Notes: generated by a model not told the origin, from the sequence alone. A stretch of 64,000 bases of DNA from Phoronis australis (GCA_002633005.1 NMRA01000175.1:85432-149431); one strand, 5' to 3'. Positions 37,501 to 52,500 are shown, numbered from the stretch's first letter. Numbers and translations: made by a program.

Positions 37501-40500
37501 CAGTCAATAACCACAGAACCCAGCGGATTTGACTATTTTTGATGGGATAGTACACTGGAAAAATTAGGAAAGTTGTTCTTTTAGCGAGAGAGCATTGAAA
37601 ATAGGGGCCCAGTTGTTGAGAGATATTCCATTATAAGGTCACTCCGTCTATGGTGAAGAGTTTTGTTCCAATAACATTGTTTCAGTTACTATACACCTTA
37701 TTCATGCCGTCGCCATTTTAAAAGTAAGCCTCTATTTAGGTTTTAAAAACGATGCATTCCATGCTTTATCATAGTGCAAAGCATGATTTTTTCGCATGCC
37801 TTGTTAATATTTATGTCTCAAGTGCACTGTTTTTTAAACTCACTTTTAAAATGGCGACTGCGTGAATAAGGTCTACAGTGACCCCTTACAATGAAAAAGC
37901 ACATAATAGAATCTAACCATGACAAACCCAGCCATCGGAGTAGTACACTCCGTACACACCTTCTATGGGAGTGACCCCGTGCGCTCTACAAACAACTTTA
38001 TAGAACAACATCTCACTCACCAGTTCTCAGCGGCATAGTCTATCGCAGCCTCCAGCAAGCCAAATTTGTTGAGCAGCTTCACAGCAGAGTCTCCTCCCAG
38101 AGTCTTAGCCCAGAGGTAAGCCACTTGTTTAGCTGCATTAGCGCCGCCATGTGACTTGGAAATCTGGAAGGTGATGGTTCAGGTTTGGTATAAGCTACTA
38201 ATAGAAATGTAATGGTCATACAATCAGACAAAGAATTAAATGATGAGCAGTATCAGCATTTTTTCGTCCAGATTCCAAAAAAAGGAAAATGCGTTCAAAA
38301 GACTAGAGGACATCAGTTACATGAGGTGTACAGAGGTTGAAATGACAGTAACTTTTTGACATGTGTCAATCTCAGTGATTGACATCTACTATGCCTCTTA
38401 TCATGTAAATATTATTTACACCACCTGTATTGATTGACTTGTTTCCTTCATCAACGTAAATAGCGACCACGTCACCAGCAACACAGTTTCTCTCATTACA
38501 AAATTGCATTTAACACAAGAAACATGCCCCCCTTATCCTGTAAGTGACACTACGTCCCCACCAACATGTTCCCTTCTCACATAAATTTTGCTTATGCCAC
38601 ACAGGGCATGTGCTCCATATCATGTACATGACGTCCCCTGTCATCAACAACATGCCCTCTTATTGCACGAATAGCCCTCATGTCACTGGTGACATGTTTC
38701 TGTTAACACGTACATGCTGTTCATGTCACTAGTGACATGATTCTATAATCACGTAGATACTGCTCATGTCACCAGTGACAAATTTCCCATATAATGTAAA
38801 TGCCGTTCATGTCACTTCCAACATTACAATGACCACAGCCCCATCCACTCACTCTATATGCCTCTTCCCAGGCATCATTGTTCCTGTACATATTAATGGC
38901 CCCCTTCCAGTCCTTGGCCTCCAGAAAGTGGTGCTCCGCCTGCCTCAGGTTGCCCTCCTCTTCCAATTCCTTGGCCAGGTGGTGGTGAGTGTCCTGTAGT
39001 AGGTCCTTGTGGAACTGTTTAACCAGTCGGATCATGTCCGTGTACATCTTCAGCTTTTTGTACATGGTGATAGCCAGGTCGGGCTCCTGCACCGTGATGT
39101 ACAGTCTGAATGTACAATAGAACAAGCATGCATTAATACAGTCTAGGCATTACAGCTCTCAATTTCACCACAGTTTAATACGCTTATCGTGAAGTTTTAG
39201 ATGCTTACAGCGAAGTTTCTAAATTATTTTTCAAATGTTCAAAACGTAACCAACTGAAGTTAGCATTATTTGATGACAGATGTATATCATGAAAAAGTTT
39301 CAATGAATTAAAAACTGTTTTGCTTGGTAACTTGAATGAACAAAAATTGAAAACTTTTCACAATTTTTGTACAAGTAGACCTGCATTTAACGTGTTGTGT
39401 CTCGACTTCATGGTTACCGTAACACCAGAACAGCAATAAATAATCCTTCAACACGAATATCCAAAGTAAGAAGTCATGCCAACAAGGATAAATATAATGC
39501 CCAAAATGTTGAAGTGTACACACTCACCTCTCTGCTTCCTTCAGTTTGCCTTGACTCTCCAGTTTCTGAGCCTGACTAATATATAACGTGTCTACCTCCT
39601 CTTGCTCCATGTAGGAGGCTGCCAACTGGAAGAGACATCAACAAACTTAAACACTACACAACAAAGTGAAACCATTAGAAACACAGCCAGTTGCACCATA
39701 GATCATAAACAACAGATTTGCAACTCCAATAATTTCTTATGAAATTCCCAGAAGAGGAACAAACTTACTTCATATGATATCAGCTTATGCTTAGTGTATG
39801 CGGATGGGATGTCCTCCTTTACTGCATGAACAGGGCTCAACACCAACGGTTGCCCGATTGCCCGTGTACATGTAGATTTTGCGTCGGGAAAGTGGAATTT
39901 GAAAAGTACTTGCCCGATGGGCAAGTTAAAAAGCTAGCCGCATAGGCAAGTAGATCCTAAGATTGTCTGCTCGACATTTGCTCCAAAGTAACGAACCCCG
40001 ACACAAGCCTAAAAACCGTCGAAAAAGCCCCTGTGGCCGTCAAAGAAACTCCCGTCTTCGAATGAGCACCGAAAGGACAATAGATCGAGTGTGATGCAGC
40101 GTGCACAGACGACGCTCGCGGTCAAACCCTTTCGATTCTCTGAACGTGCCCTGCAGTTTCTGAATAAGTTGTCACGTGATACTACTGATCGTCTGCACTC
40201 TGGCAAAACGTCTAAACATGGAAGCCGTCCACGCCTGGACGGCATTGGTTTAGTTGCTAAAAAACGAGTTCAGAAAGAATCAAAGCAATAATATGAAACG
40301 AAAAGAGTGCGGGGATGGGCTCCGTCATGGGAAATTAGGTTTTCTGGCCTGCGAGACAGTGATCAAGGGATGACGTTTGATTTTTGCCGGCGTTTACCCA
40401 TGTACAGCTGGAAGCACCGCGTTCGTCAGCGGATGTAAGTCATACAGATAAGCGCAAAAGCTAAATAGTGAAGGATTGACGACATATTTTCTACACTACA

Positions 40501-43500
40501 CAGCAGTTTAAAAGGCCTGGTATTTATTCAGGGGGAATTCCAAAGGACATTCTTATGAATTCCCGGCTCCCGGTGACGACTCCCGAAAGAAGAGGAATAC
40601 GGTCTTCGGGATTGCCGCTCCGAAGTCTGAAGGGTGACTTTTTCGCGGTCTATCTGTTTCTCAAAAATGTAATTATTTATTGAAAATAAAAGTATATTTG
40701 GCATTATTATATGTTAAAATTTGATTTTAAATTAATACAAGGTACCGATGACCAAAACTGTGCAAGATTTTTACGGATAGCAAAAATTGAAATTCAGGTT
40801 AGCAACAACTCAAGTTTAATGCATGAGGGCGTATAAACTAATGAATACACAGAAGTGTCGAGAGTTCAGGCCCTAGCTCATTTCGGAGCCTGTGAACGTG
40901 TGACAATGGTTCAGATACCATAGTTACTCTTCTAATTTGTCACTCTAGTGTTTTGACACACCTTATAAATAAATGTTCTGTAAGAAGAATTGTTAAAAAA
41001 ATAGCAACTCATGTATGTAGCGTGCATAACACAAGAGGAGGCTCAGCACAGGCAGCCTTACGGTAACACATTACCTAGGTGTGCACATGCACGGTGCTAT
41101 TTGGGATTGTACTTGGGGCAAGTGAATTCGTTGTTCGGGCAAGTAAAAATTTCAACTACTTGGCTTAAAAAGTTAATGTTGAGCCCTGATGAAAGAAAAC
41201 ATTTCGGCACTAAACAATTACCATTCAATGCATTCCTTTAGAAGAATTTTTGGCAACAGTTCAGGTAGTCTAAATGAAAAATTTAGCTCTAATGACGCGA
41301 CAAACAACCATGGTCAGCAGACGTACATGCCTGAAGTAAAACAGGATAATTTGTCAGGCACCCGTAATGAATCATGATGTTGCAGCTTGTGCAGAAAATC
41401 ACAGAGTTGATTGTCCATATACTATATAGTCTATGTTTTCATGGTACTTTGTCAATATGTAATAAACTCATCAGTGCCAAACCACTGCATTATCATGAAT
41501 GCTGGCCTATGTTTCTTCTGCATAAAGCAAAGCAATATGACAGTCTTCAATTAACTGTTTGAAGCCTAGTAGACAATTGGCCTATGTACTAGCAGGAGCG
41601 ACACAAGACAGGAGACTGCATGGAATGCTTAACAGTAGACCAGATCGATATCTCCATTTGAAGTTGAAGTAAACTAGCCTATAAACTGAAATACATCAAA
41701 CTAGATTTCCCTTAGGAGTAGATCCAGTCCACGCATTGTAATACATGCCACCAGACAATGTTAAACATCAAGATACTGACCAGATGAAGATGACAAACAC
41801 TTCCTTCACAATATGACATTATCTCCCCTTGATTACTCCTGTGAGCATGCTCCCACTTTGAAACAGTAGCACAGCATGACAATATCCCACCCACTGTTTA
41901 CTCCATCACACTGTTGTCCACACACCCGCCACTCACCCTGTGAGCCTCTTCCCATTTGCCAACACCGTTGTACATGTCGATAGCCTCCTTAGTGCAGCCA
42001 GCCTTTATGAAGTAACGCTCTGCACTCTCGTAGTCACCAATCGAGGCAAAGTGTTGTGCTATCTTGCGGTAGTATTTGCCAGCTGAATCAGAGTCCTGCA
42101 ACTCCAAGATCTGTACAGCCTTCAGCCACTGACGGGATTGAATAGCAGCTTCCACAGCCTTCATGGTGGCACTGTAAGGGACATTGCTACATCATTGGGT
42201 GTCCTTGTAAGGCATGACTGCCATGATTTACTTAGAGAAACAGGGCAATCTTACATCACAAAGAGTCCTTGTCAGGTAGGACTAACCAAGTGATATCGGG
42301 CATCATTAGAATGCTGGGTGCGTGTTTTTCGCGGTAATAAAGAAACAAAATTTCAACAACCTGCTGCATGCCCCGCCCACTCACCCGGCCTCGATGTAAT
42401 GATTGATAGCTGCATCTAGCTGCTTCTGCTGTGTCAGATGGTCACCCCACTCCTCCTCAAGTTTCACCACATCCCCGGGGTAGGCATAACGTGCCAGCTC
42501 CACCGCTGTGAAGACAAAGAGGCACAACTTAGCACAAGCAATAATAAAAAGTTTGTTTTATAGCTGCATCCAAAATTCAGCAGTTACTACATTAAGATGA
42601 TTTCACGACACAATAAATGAAAAAATTAGCACTATTCCTAATCGCTGGCGGCACAGTGCAATAAATGATAAAATCTTATAACTAAAAGTTAAAAGAAATA
42701 TTTAATCTGCAGCTTCACTCAAACACTAACTTACTACACAATTAAATAATCTCATTTTCTTCCTTAATGATATCAGAAAAGAATTTCAAGGCTTCAGAAG
42801 AACTGATAGGACATTACTGCTTCAGTCCAGGGGCTTTTTCTTGAAATGTCTCATCAAGAAACGCCTGAGACATATTGCATTTCTAATCACGGCAGTTTCC
42901 AAGGCCCAGTGGTTGCCAAGAGAATGTCAGACAATTTACTGTAGCCAATTTCAATTCAAACAAACAATAAAAATGCGATCCATGAAACTGCTTTGGAACA
43001 ACAAATATGCCGATAATAAAGTTGATGCCTTTAACACCAGAACATTGCTCATAGCGGCTTCAAAGCCAATGAACAACAACACAACTCTGACACCCCTTTT
43101 GAATAAAATGTCTCATTAAAGATGTTTTCACCAGACAGTCTAAACGAAGACATATGCCAAAACTTAGGAATGGTCGTAAGTGAAGAAGCACACTAAAGTC
43201 ATGATTTTGCTAATATTGAATTTTCCATGCAAGAGACTTAATAGTACATGCTGAAAGTATTCAGACAAAATTACCCAGAGTTCCCCATCACGATGGTTGG
43301 GCAGCCATAAATCATCAACATAGACACAGAATGAAGAGTAATTCAAAGGACAGTTAGTAAAGTGGCTAAGCCACTCTGTAATTATTATTTATACCCCCAT
43401 AATAGTTATTGCCAGTCATTTGTCCTGTTAACCAAGTATGGGAAATGGTATTTTGTCAGCTTACTGTACTGTACTTCAACTACCCACAGTATGTCCATCT

Positions 43501-46500
43501 AACAAGTGCTTGCTATCCCTCAGTTAAGTCAATTAATGCATTAGATATGTACACAACGTCTTACCTCGTCTGTACGCCTTGCCTTTGCGGTAACACTCGA
43601 GGGCCTTGTGATTGTCCCGGATTTTCTCATACAAGTCACCAGCCTACAAAGGAAACGCATGACACTAGAGACAGGGCTTTAAAAATTGGACACACATACT
43701 TGGGAGACAATGTGAATGGTGGAGATTTCTCAACTTTACTTGATGACATAAACTGTGCACACTTCTTAAAGTTCACTCAAAAGCAATGCACAAAACAAAA
43801 TGAACAAACCCAATTGAAATTTTAATTAAACACATCTGCAAAATTCCTCAACTTTTTTGCAATAGGCAACGACTTCTGGAGTGATTTCTTGTAACAAAAA
43901 CACCATGTCAAGTTGAAAATGAATGATCAATGACCCAAGCACTAAGAGCTTAATCCGCCAGTCACAACTAAACCACTCCCTCACCCTTTCATAAAACTCT
44001 CCCTTGATCAAGGCTGACGCTATTCGACCAATCAAATCTGAGCTGGCCATCAGGTCTTCCCGGCTAGTGGCCAACCTAGCAGCCCGTCCTGGTAGCCCCG
44101 CTTTCATGTACAGATTGATGGCTGCCATGTAGTCACCGTCTCTTTCCTTCACCTCTCCAGCCTTCTCTTCTTGACCAGTGTCCATCAGCCACTGGTAGTA
44201 GTTGCGGGTCAAGTTGTCCAGCTCTGGGTGACCCTGATGTAGAACAAAGTACTTCAAATAACAAATTGATTTTGTAATGGAATATAACCCATGAATAGGA
44301 ACCAACAACACAATACATCACAAAGTCGTTCGTTTGGTCTGGTCACACTTGCAAACAGCTAAACATTGCACCAATGTACCCCCTCCTTTTGTAAATTCAG
44401 TCTTACTTCCTAAATAGAGCGAATGGACACCAGGAAATCCCGAAAAGAAGATTTTAGTATTCATCTTTAAGGCACATGACACATAGATTGTAAATTGATC
44501 GAGACACACAAGGGGGTATCTCTTGCTTAAAGTTAATATTTATTACCAATGACAATTCACTATGCAATACCAATCAACCCTAGAGATGACTTTTGAAAAA
44601 CTTTCAACAGACAAAACTTTACTTTCCAATACTATGAAGCACATATTTCTCAACAACATTATTCATAACACACCAGAAGGCTTTTGAGCTCCACATTAAT
44701 TTAGGAATGAGAGAAAAGGTACCAATCAGAAATTTACGTCGTAATCATATGTCTCATGTTTGTGATTCACTACAATGTGGTGTCCTCTATTGTCACCATA
44801 GAAGACCTGAGACAGCATATGGCACCACACAAAGATGACTGCCATTTGAGAGCACTTTTGTGTACTAAAAAGAAATAACTAGGGCACCATCAGCTGCTCA
44901 CCTTTGCCTCGGCTACCTCAATAGCCTCATCCCACTTATGCAGCTCCTGGTACATCTCCATGGCCTCAGAAATGTTGTTCTGCTCCAGGTAGATTCCCTC
45001 AGCCTCTTTGAATTGCTTGTCTAAGATGGCCAGTCTAGCGCGCACCTTGTAGTGGTTTAGACCATCACCACCCTGTGCACAGATTGTGACGAGAACAAGA
45101 TAAATTATTTTATACTTGGACCACAGAAAAGCCTTTGATAGCATAGATTGTAATAATGCATAAAAGAGAAACTGAAATTTTCAAACAGTATAATCATGGA
45201 GACGATTTCGATAACAAAGCTTGTAAACATTAAGATAAAACAGGAAATATCAATTAAACCAGCTTTTGGTCAGACAAGGCATGTCAACTCTAAATGAGAA
45301 AGAGAGAAACTGAAAATGCCACAATGTTCATAGCCTTACAATGAATTCCTAATACCAAAAATTTTTGATTATACACAACAAAACGTTTACCAGCCTGCAA
45401 AAACAGACATCACAATCCTACGCTAAGAAATCAATAACCACTTTCACACTTGTTTCCAGGAAATCAGAAGTGAGGTAATAAATATTTACACACCATATTC
45501 TTGGCAACTTCAGCAGCTATCTTGTTTGTTTCTCTCAAGTACTTGGCTTTAGATACATCTCCCAGTGCAGCAAAACATCTGAAGCAGGGAAACGGTTATA
45601 AACGAACATAAGACATGCAACAAAGTAGAACAAAATTGATTAATAAACCCACTGAGCATAGGTTCAACATATATCCACACATACTTATCATTTGCTCCGA
45701 CTTTGACGGGCATAGATTTACACAAAGAACTGATCCGAACAGTGCGTATGCCTATGCCACACACTCAGGTGGGTGTTTTGGTATTTGAGACAGACACCGT
45801 CTGTGGCAGCAGATATTCTGTTATAGATGTTCTGCCAGGAATACATGAAACAAAATATGGAGTTTTTAAATAATCCTGCTTTCCAAAAGAATGTGATTTA
45901 GCTGTAGAGCTATGGCAGCTGGATGCCCATTTAGATCAATGAGATTTGACTATAATGAGCACTTATCTTCATGCATTTTAGTCACTCTGGGTAGTCTTTT
46001 TACCAAGTGTTATGCTTTAGATTCTAAGTTTGTATTTTAAGCTGTATTGCATTGGTTTGTGTTTCGGCACCTTGTAGAAATATCCCTATGTCTTAATTAG
46101 GTAACCCCTTTCAAGAAGTTCTATGTGAATCAATATCATGCAGATAGAAATTATGAAGAGACTACAGCTCAAGTTGATTGCAAATGCTGGAACTGCTAGA
46201 TCTTAGCTCCACAAGTAGATGTAATGACTGAATTCACCTCTCAGCTATGTGCAACTGGTGGGCCTCCAAGGAAAGTTTACTCAGCGTTCGCCACATGGCT
46301 TCAGTCTCTGGTGACATCTCTAGGCCTTCAAGGAAAGCAACAGCCCTGCAAGGAAATGGCAATTGTTCATTCAGTACATTATACATTTCATAAATAGCAT
46401 AAATCCTATGATAATTACTTTAAAAAATAATTTGAAAGATTTTTAATACAAAGGTTTAATCTATGGATATAGGCTATGGCTATTTCGGGTAATCAGCAGA

Positions 46501-49500
46501 AAACTTGTGGTATCTGATTACACCCAGCAGCAAAGAAACATAGTACAGTAAATCAATTATCAAACTGAACAGTTACACACACAACACCCATTAATTGTAT
46601 ACCTTGGACGCAAGACAAAATAACCCTACCTAAAAATTCTTAATTTACTGCAATTAACTTGCAATTCCACAAGACTCACCTGGCATAGTCGCCGTCATCC
46701 ACAGCTGTGCCAAATTCAATCAGCCCTTCGTCCAGTCCATATGACACAGTGCCAACGGCTTCATTTACCACCACCTCAGTTTTTCCGTCATTCTTCTCAA
46801 TCTCCAAGATGTCTCCCTGAAGTCAAAGCATCGATAATATACGACGACAGAGAAACAGGCTTTTGTTAAATTTCTGAAACAACTGCATCTAAAATAAAGG
46901 GTAATCACATCTGGAAAAATCTGATTTCGTTGTGAATGCTTTATGGACGGTGACTGAAAATCATGACTGACCAGTTGTTGCCTGTGCAAATCTAGTGAAT
47001 CCTACATCTTGTGTGACATTGAATGACTTAAAAAAGGACGGTGACTAATGTTCCAAGAACTGGCACAACAGATGTCCTTCGTAGAGAGGGCAAGATGGAA
47101 ATAAAACAAGTATTCAAGTCATGATTTGACATAATTCACTGCAAGCAGTTAACAGATTCAAACAGGTCACAATAAGGCATACATCACAAGTGACCAACAG
47201 TGTGAATGAAGTACTCTTTCCTACAGCTACCAAACAGCAATTAAAAATGGACCAGTGACTGATTCCTGGCACGCTGATTTACATGCAGCAAACATGACTA
47301 ACAAATACATAGTTAAGAAACTTTACTAATACCTAAGACTTAAACAATTTATTTTTTACTAAGCCAATAAACAACAGCAATATAAGAGACCAGTGCCAGA
47401 AGTAAAATATCCAGACTCAAACCAGACTCCAATTTTGTCTTAATATTTCCTGTAAAATTCTCATCACTCAACAAACTAAAGAATAAAAATTTGATTTTGC
47501 ATGAGTGCATTATGGTTTATGTGGATGCGAGTAAAAAATAACACTTGTTGACCCCTAGAGCCATGCTGCAAACTCCTCCAGTTCTTACTCAGTTATTTAT
47601 ATTACAATGTCACTAGGGCTGTTTTCATAGCAAAAAAATATTTGCAGGCATCTGCAACAAATTGTACAACCGCTCAGGTGGACATATTGTACTGATCACC
47701 TGGAACCACTTTTTTGCTTTATTAATAGTTAAAACCGAGCTAAGAAAACAGAGACATGGGGCCTAGCTCAAGAAAACTGGCTTAGCTGAGATAAATCTTA
47801 AATTTCAGTCACTTTCAAGACAATAAATTTGTTTCATGTCTGTTTCAAGAAAGAGATCTCAACTTTGAATTAAGTTTTTACTTTTAAGTTTTGCCTTAAT
47901 TTTTTACTAAGAAGTTTCAAAGTTTGGAATTTGAGACAAATCTTAGACTTAAGTAAAAATGAACTTAAGGGTCTACCACTGAGATCCAGTGGATCTTGAA
48001 CCCACGACCTTGAGTAAAGTAAGCAGACACTTATCTGACTTGGCCACAATGCCTCCTAACCAAAGTTATTTTCCATAGACACAGCACGACATGTCACTAC
48101 GAAAGCATCTGATCACACATTTCTCTGACACAGTGCGCATGCATTAATTATAGTGTCCAGGTAAGATGCACCTTGATGGGGAACATGGTGACACGCTCAG
48201 GTGCATCGATGTTGTACCACACGCACATCTGTCCACGATTCTGTGCAACGACCACGTCACTCTCGGGCACCCACTGGACGTAGGAGCAGTAGTTGAGGAT
48301 GGTAGATTTCTGCGACGATTCAATGTCGTACATGTGAAGCTAGACGAAGAGAGAAAAAAAAGAGATGAGTGTGGGTAGTGAGGGTCGATGGCTGACTTTT
48401 GGGACGACTCAATGTTGTACAAGTGAAGCTAGGTGGAGAGAGAAAACAGAATGAGTGTGGGAGGACAGGGCCAATGGTAGACTTCTGGGGCAACTCAATG
48501 TCATGCACATCGAGAAATACAATAAATGTGGGGGCAAAAAGGTTGGTGTGACAGGGTCCATAAGGATACCGCATAGCAGTAAGTCACAACCATGAGAAAT
48601 GTCTGAAAAGTTTGTTCATTTTGGTGATCAAGAGCATCGTTACTCTTGCTTCAAAAGGCACACCTTCTCTTATTTGAAAAAAAAAAATCTGTAAAGGTTT
48701 GCAAAACTCAAAAAAATTAATAGATCAACAGCCAGTGCTCACCTTGAGTCGTTTATCACGGTAAAGAAGCTTTCGTCCAGTTTCATTCAACTCTAGCCAA
48801 TCAATTTTAGAGTCATGATTCACTTGACCAATGGCAAAGCCAGAATCGAGATCCACTACAACACAAAATCAACCTTCAGTCAACATGAAAACATAATACT
48901 CTGTCAATAATAATGATAACACAAAGTACTAAAGAGTCAATTGCAATCTACGTAAAGAATGAAGGGGCAAGAGAATTCTTCTTTTACTCATTGAAAAGAC
49001 AAGACATATATAACACACAAATGGTCAGAATATTTTGCATAAAAACAGCAAGAAATTTCAAAGTTGACATATTATGGCCCAACCATAAACCCAGCAACAT
49101 ACACCATTAGAAGTCAAGAAACAAAAAATGCTCATCACAACAACGCAAGAAAACAATTGCTAGTAGAGAGATCAAATAGAAATTGCATGCTTCTGCCCAA
49201 CATCCAGACAAACAAGACTCACAAATCCTTCTTGTCTTCAGGAAAAACTCTGCTAAGTTGACACGCATCATTTTAGTCAACCTCGTCATGGTGCTAGCAA
49301 CTTTGAGTAATAATTTTGTTTGACTTAATGACTTCACAGGCCAGATCCAGTGTTCTCTACAACCTGTTTCGACTGTCAATGCATTGAGCCTGAATTTTGC
49401 TGAGGCGAGTTCGGTTTGTTCGTGTAGTGTTTGAAAACCTATGCAATGAGTTTGAAGCATTGGGAGATTAGTCATTTTTTAAGCAAATTTGTACATTTTG

Positions 49501-52500
49501 GATTTTTGGTACCAGCTCAATGCATTTATTCCAAGACCTAACGTACAAACTCCCACAGTATGGACAGAGTTTAACGTAGAATTTTGTAACTCCAGTCGAG
49601 TTTGAATGTTCTGTTGTGGAGAACACTGAGCCAATGAAACTTGTCTGCTTTGGCCATTGATACTGATGACTAAAACTCACTGATAGCAATTGTCTTTAAG
49701 TCCACCAGGTACGCCATCTTCTTATTGCTTTCGACACCCCGCTGTTTACGTTCGTTCAAGCGCACACTACACAAAAACGTACACAGATGGTGAGCTTCTG
49801 CTTTTAAAAAATGTCGAAGGAATTTATAACTGAAGATTGTTTTAAATTCACAAATTTATGAGAACAGAGACGTCATACAATTTACAAAAGAATGACACAA
49901 TGTTTACATGACAGTGTTAACGTTGCCTGATCTTAAATGTATTTTTACTGTAAGACCTATTCTGGTCACCTGATCGCCACAACTTTGCATTGTGCAGATG
50001 GACAATAAGAACAATCTAACGAAGGACAGAGCTCGTACCTGATAAGGTGAGGATTCATGAATTCGGTCCTGACAGACCCCAGTATGTTCTGCACTCCATA
50101 TTCAACCAATGAGAGCTCACCAGCGTTGAAGATCATGCACACCTAGTGGCATTCAAAGGAGTTTACTTAACAAATGCATAACATGTCTAGTCTGAATTAA
50201 ATTGGTAGGGAAAAAATAAAAATGCAAAATAAAACAAAAATGGGCAGAGACCAGGGACAGAAAGGTTTGAATGGCAAGCACTATTTACCTATCCTGGTTA
50301 ATATATGCGTGTTAGTTTTGTATGAAAAATTGTTTTCAGCAATTTGCATTCACAGGCTATTAATTTTATACACACCGTAGTAGATAACAAAGGGGTTTCA
50401 GGATGATTTTGCTCTAAATTTGATAACAATTCACTACCTTAGATTGTTGATTGAGGAGGGGTCCCAACACCAACCCCCAATTACGTCAACCAGCACAATT
50501 CAATGTCACGTCGCTTACTAGTCTTCCAATATTTAGTGAAAACTTTGTGAGGCCTCACTAAAACTGAAGCACTCCAACCTTAATCAGGTCAGGTTAGTAC
50601 AAAACATCTACAAGTCTGCAGTTCAATTTTCAGAACGTGAAAAATGATACAACAGATGTTGAACACTTGTCACTTGTAGATGAAGATGTGTCAAAATGGC
50701 CAGGAGTTATTCTCATTTCATTCCAAGTTTGAATTCCAATGTGATGTTGATAATCATTCCTCTCCACTATAATGTTGATAATCATTCCTCTCCATTATAA
50801 TGTAAGTAAACATTGCTCTCCGACCTTGGACATTAATTGTTTAAGCTTCAATGTTGTCAGTAACCGTAATCAAGGTTGGTTATGTAAGTAGTGTGCAATT
50901 AACTTCAGTCTGAATCATTTTAACAAACACTCACTACGTTAAACTTACATGCTCGTTGTCAAAGTAGAACTTTTCATTACCACCAGTGTTCTGCCAGGGC
51001 ACCTGTCAACAGCAACAATACGATCAGGACAGACATAGGAAATGGGCGAGTAATCTTGATGAAGCCCTAGTGATAACATTAGACTGAAGGTTAGGTAGGA
51101 CCTCATCGACAACTCTGAATATTAAGCCATACATGTACACAACTACAGATTTTAACTTAGTAAGAGCATGTATTTTCTGAAAGTAAAAATCCAGTAAAAT
51201 TTCATTTTTGACTTTTTACCTACTTTTCATTAATTGGGTCACATGACCATTTCTTTTAAGCAAAAGTAAGAACCAAAAAAGATAAGGTACATTGACAACA
51301 AAACAAAGAATCGAAAACCTTACATGATCAAATTTTGTTTAATATAAATATTCCAGATGAAATCTTAATGCTGTTATGTTTTTCTAAATTATCATTTTGT
51401 TTTTGTTTTATACAAAAACATTACAGTTTTCTTTTTGTTTCTAGATTTCATTCACGAATATGAAGTCCTAATTTTATTGCTTCTCATGCAAAACTGGAAC
51501 ATTTTGAAAGCAATAAATCCTAATAACATTTTCGAGAACATTGAGTAAAACGAACTATAATTGTAAAGTTTCATAATTATGTTTCTGATCTGTAATTTCT
51601 GAAAGAGGTATTTTTAACCTAATTTTTATTTTTTCTTGAGCCCTACCTAACCTTAAATAGGATTACACAACGCCATCCAGTCATATAAAACTGAATACAA
51701 ATAACTATCTCTCCACACAATCGCTCAACATTGCAATTCTCATACACTTACAGTAAAGTTTGCATAGGTCTGACGAGCATACATTGGTTATTGGCTTTAA
51801 CAAGACAAAATTTCTCAATTCCTTCATTCTAGTTCATGTACTTGGCCCGTCACATAAATCATATTTTGCCTTCATTGATATACAGAGATAAAATATCAAG
51901 GTTCGTTTGAGCCAACTTATGCAAGTAACTACACAGTACTGTTTAAAAAACAATGGGACTGGTTTTACTTTCAGCAATTTCCTCTGTTTTTCTGCTGAAC
52001 TTATGCAGTGAAACATGTATCAAAAAATGCATATACCAACACAGTATACCTCACTCAGCTTGTTACTTTGTAGGTCACCCAACATCAGTGTGTCTGAAGT
52101 GTACGCCACCAGGTAGCGATCATTGCCGAGAATCTTCACGTCGTCAATCTCATAGCCGTAGTGTGACTTCAGGTTGATTCTAGTCCCCGTTGACAGGTTG
52201 CGCACCAACACCTGCGACAGCCCAACGTAAGTCAGCTCAAACTTGTTCTTGTAGTTGGTGCGTCTCAGGCAGCAGTCAAACAGTTCCACACCTCCACATA
52301 GTGTGCCCTGGTAATAACAATACAATACATTTACATTAAATCCGGGTCTAGGCAGCAGTTAGTAAATGTACTGCCATTTATCATACTTACAAAAATATAC
52401 ATTTATAATTCTTAAACTGGCATGGAAATGTATATTGCAAAACATGTTTAAGTCACACTTGCCACCTGTGGCCACAACTCGTGGCCTAATGAATAGACGC

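Noticed and set aside
38465-38830. CRISPR array
   Set aside because: Eukaryotic intron, no cas genes, repeats degenerate and intervening sequences related to each other; it is a minisatellite
40009-40291. Possible transposase ORFs in the 1.36-kb element
   Set aside because: No recognisable BED, DDE or dimerisation motifs; short
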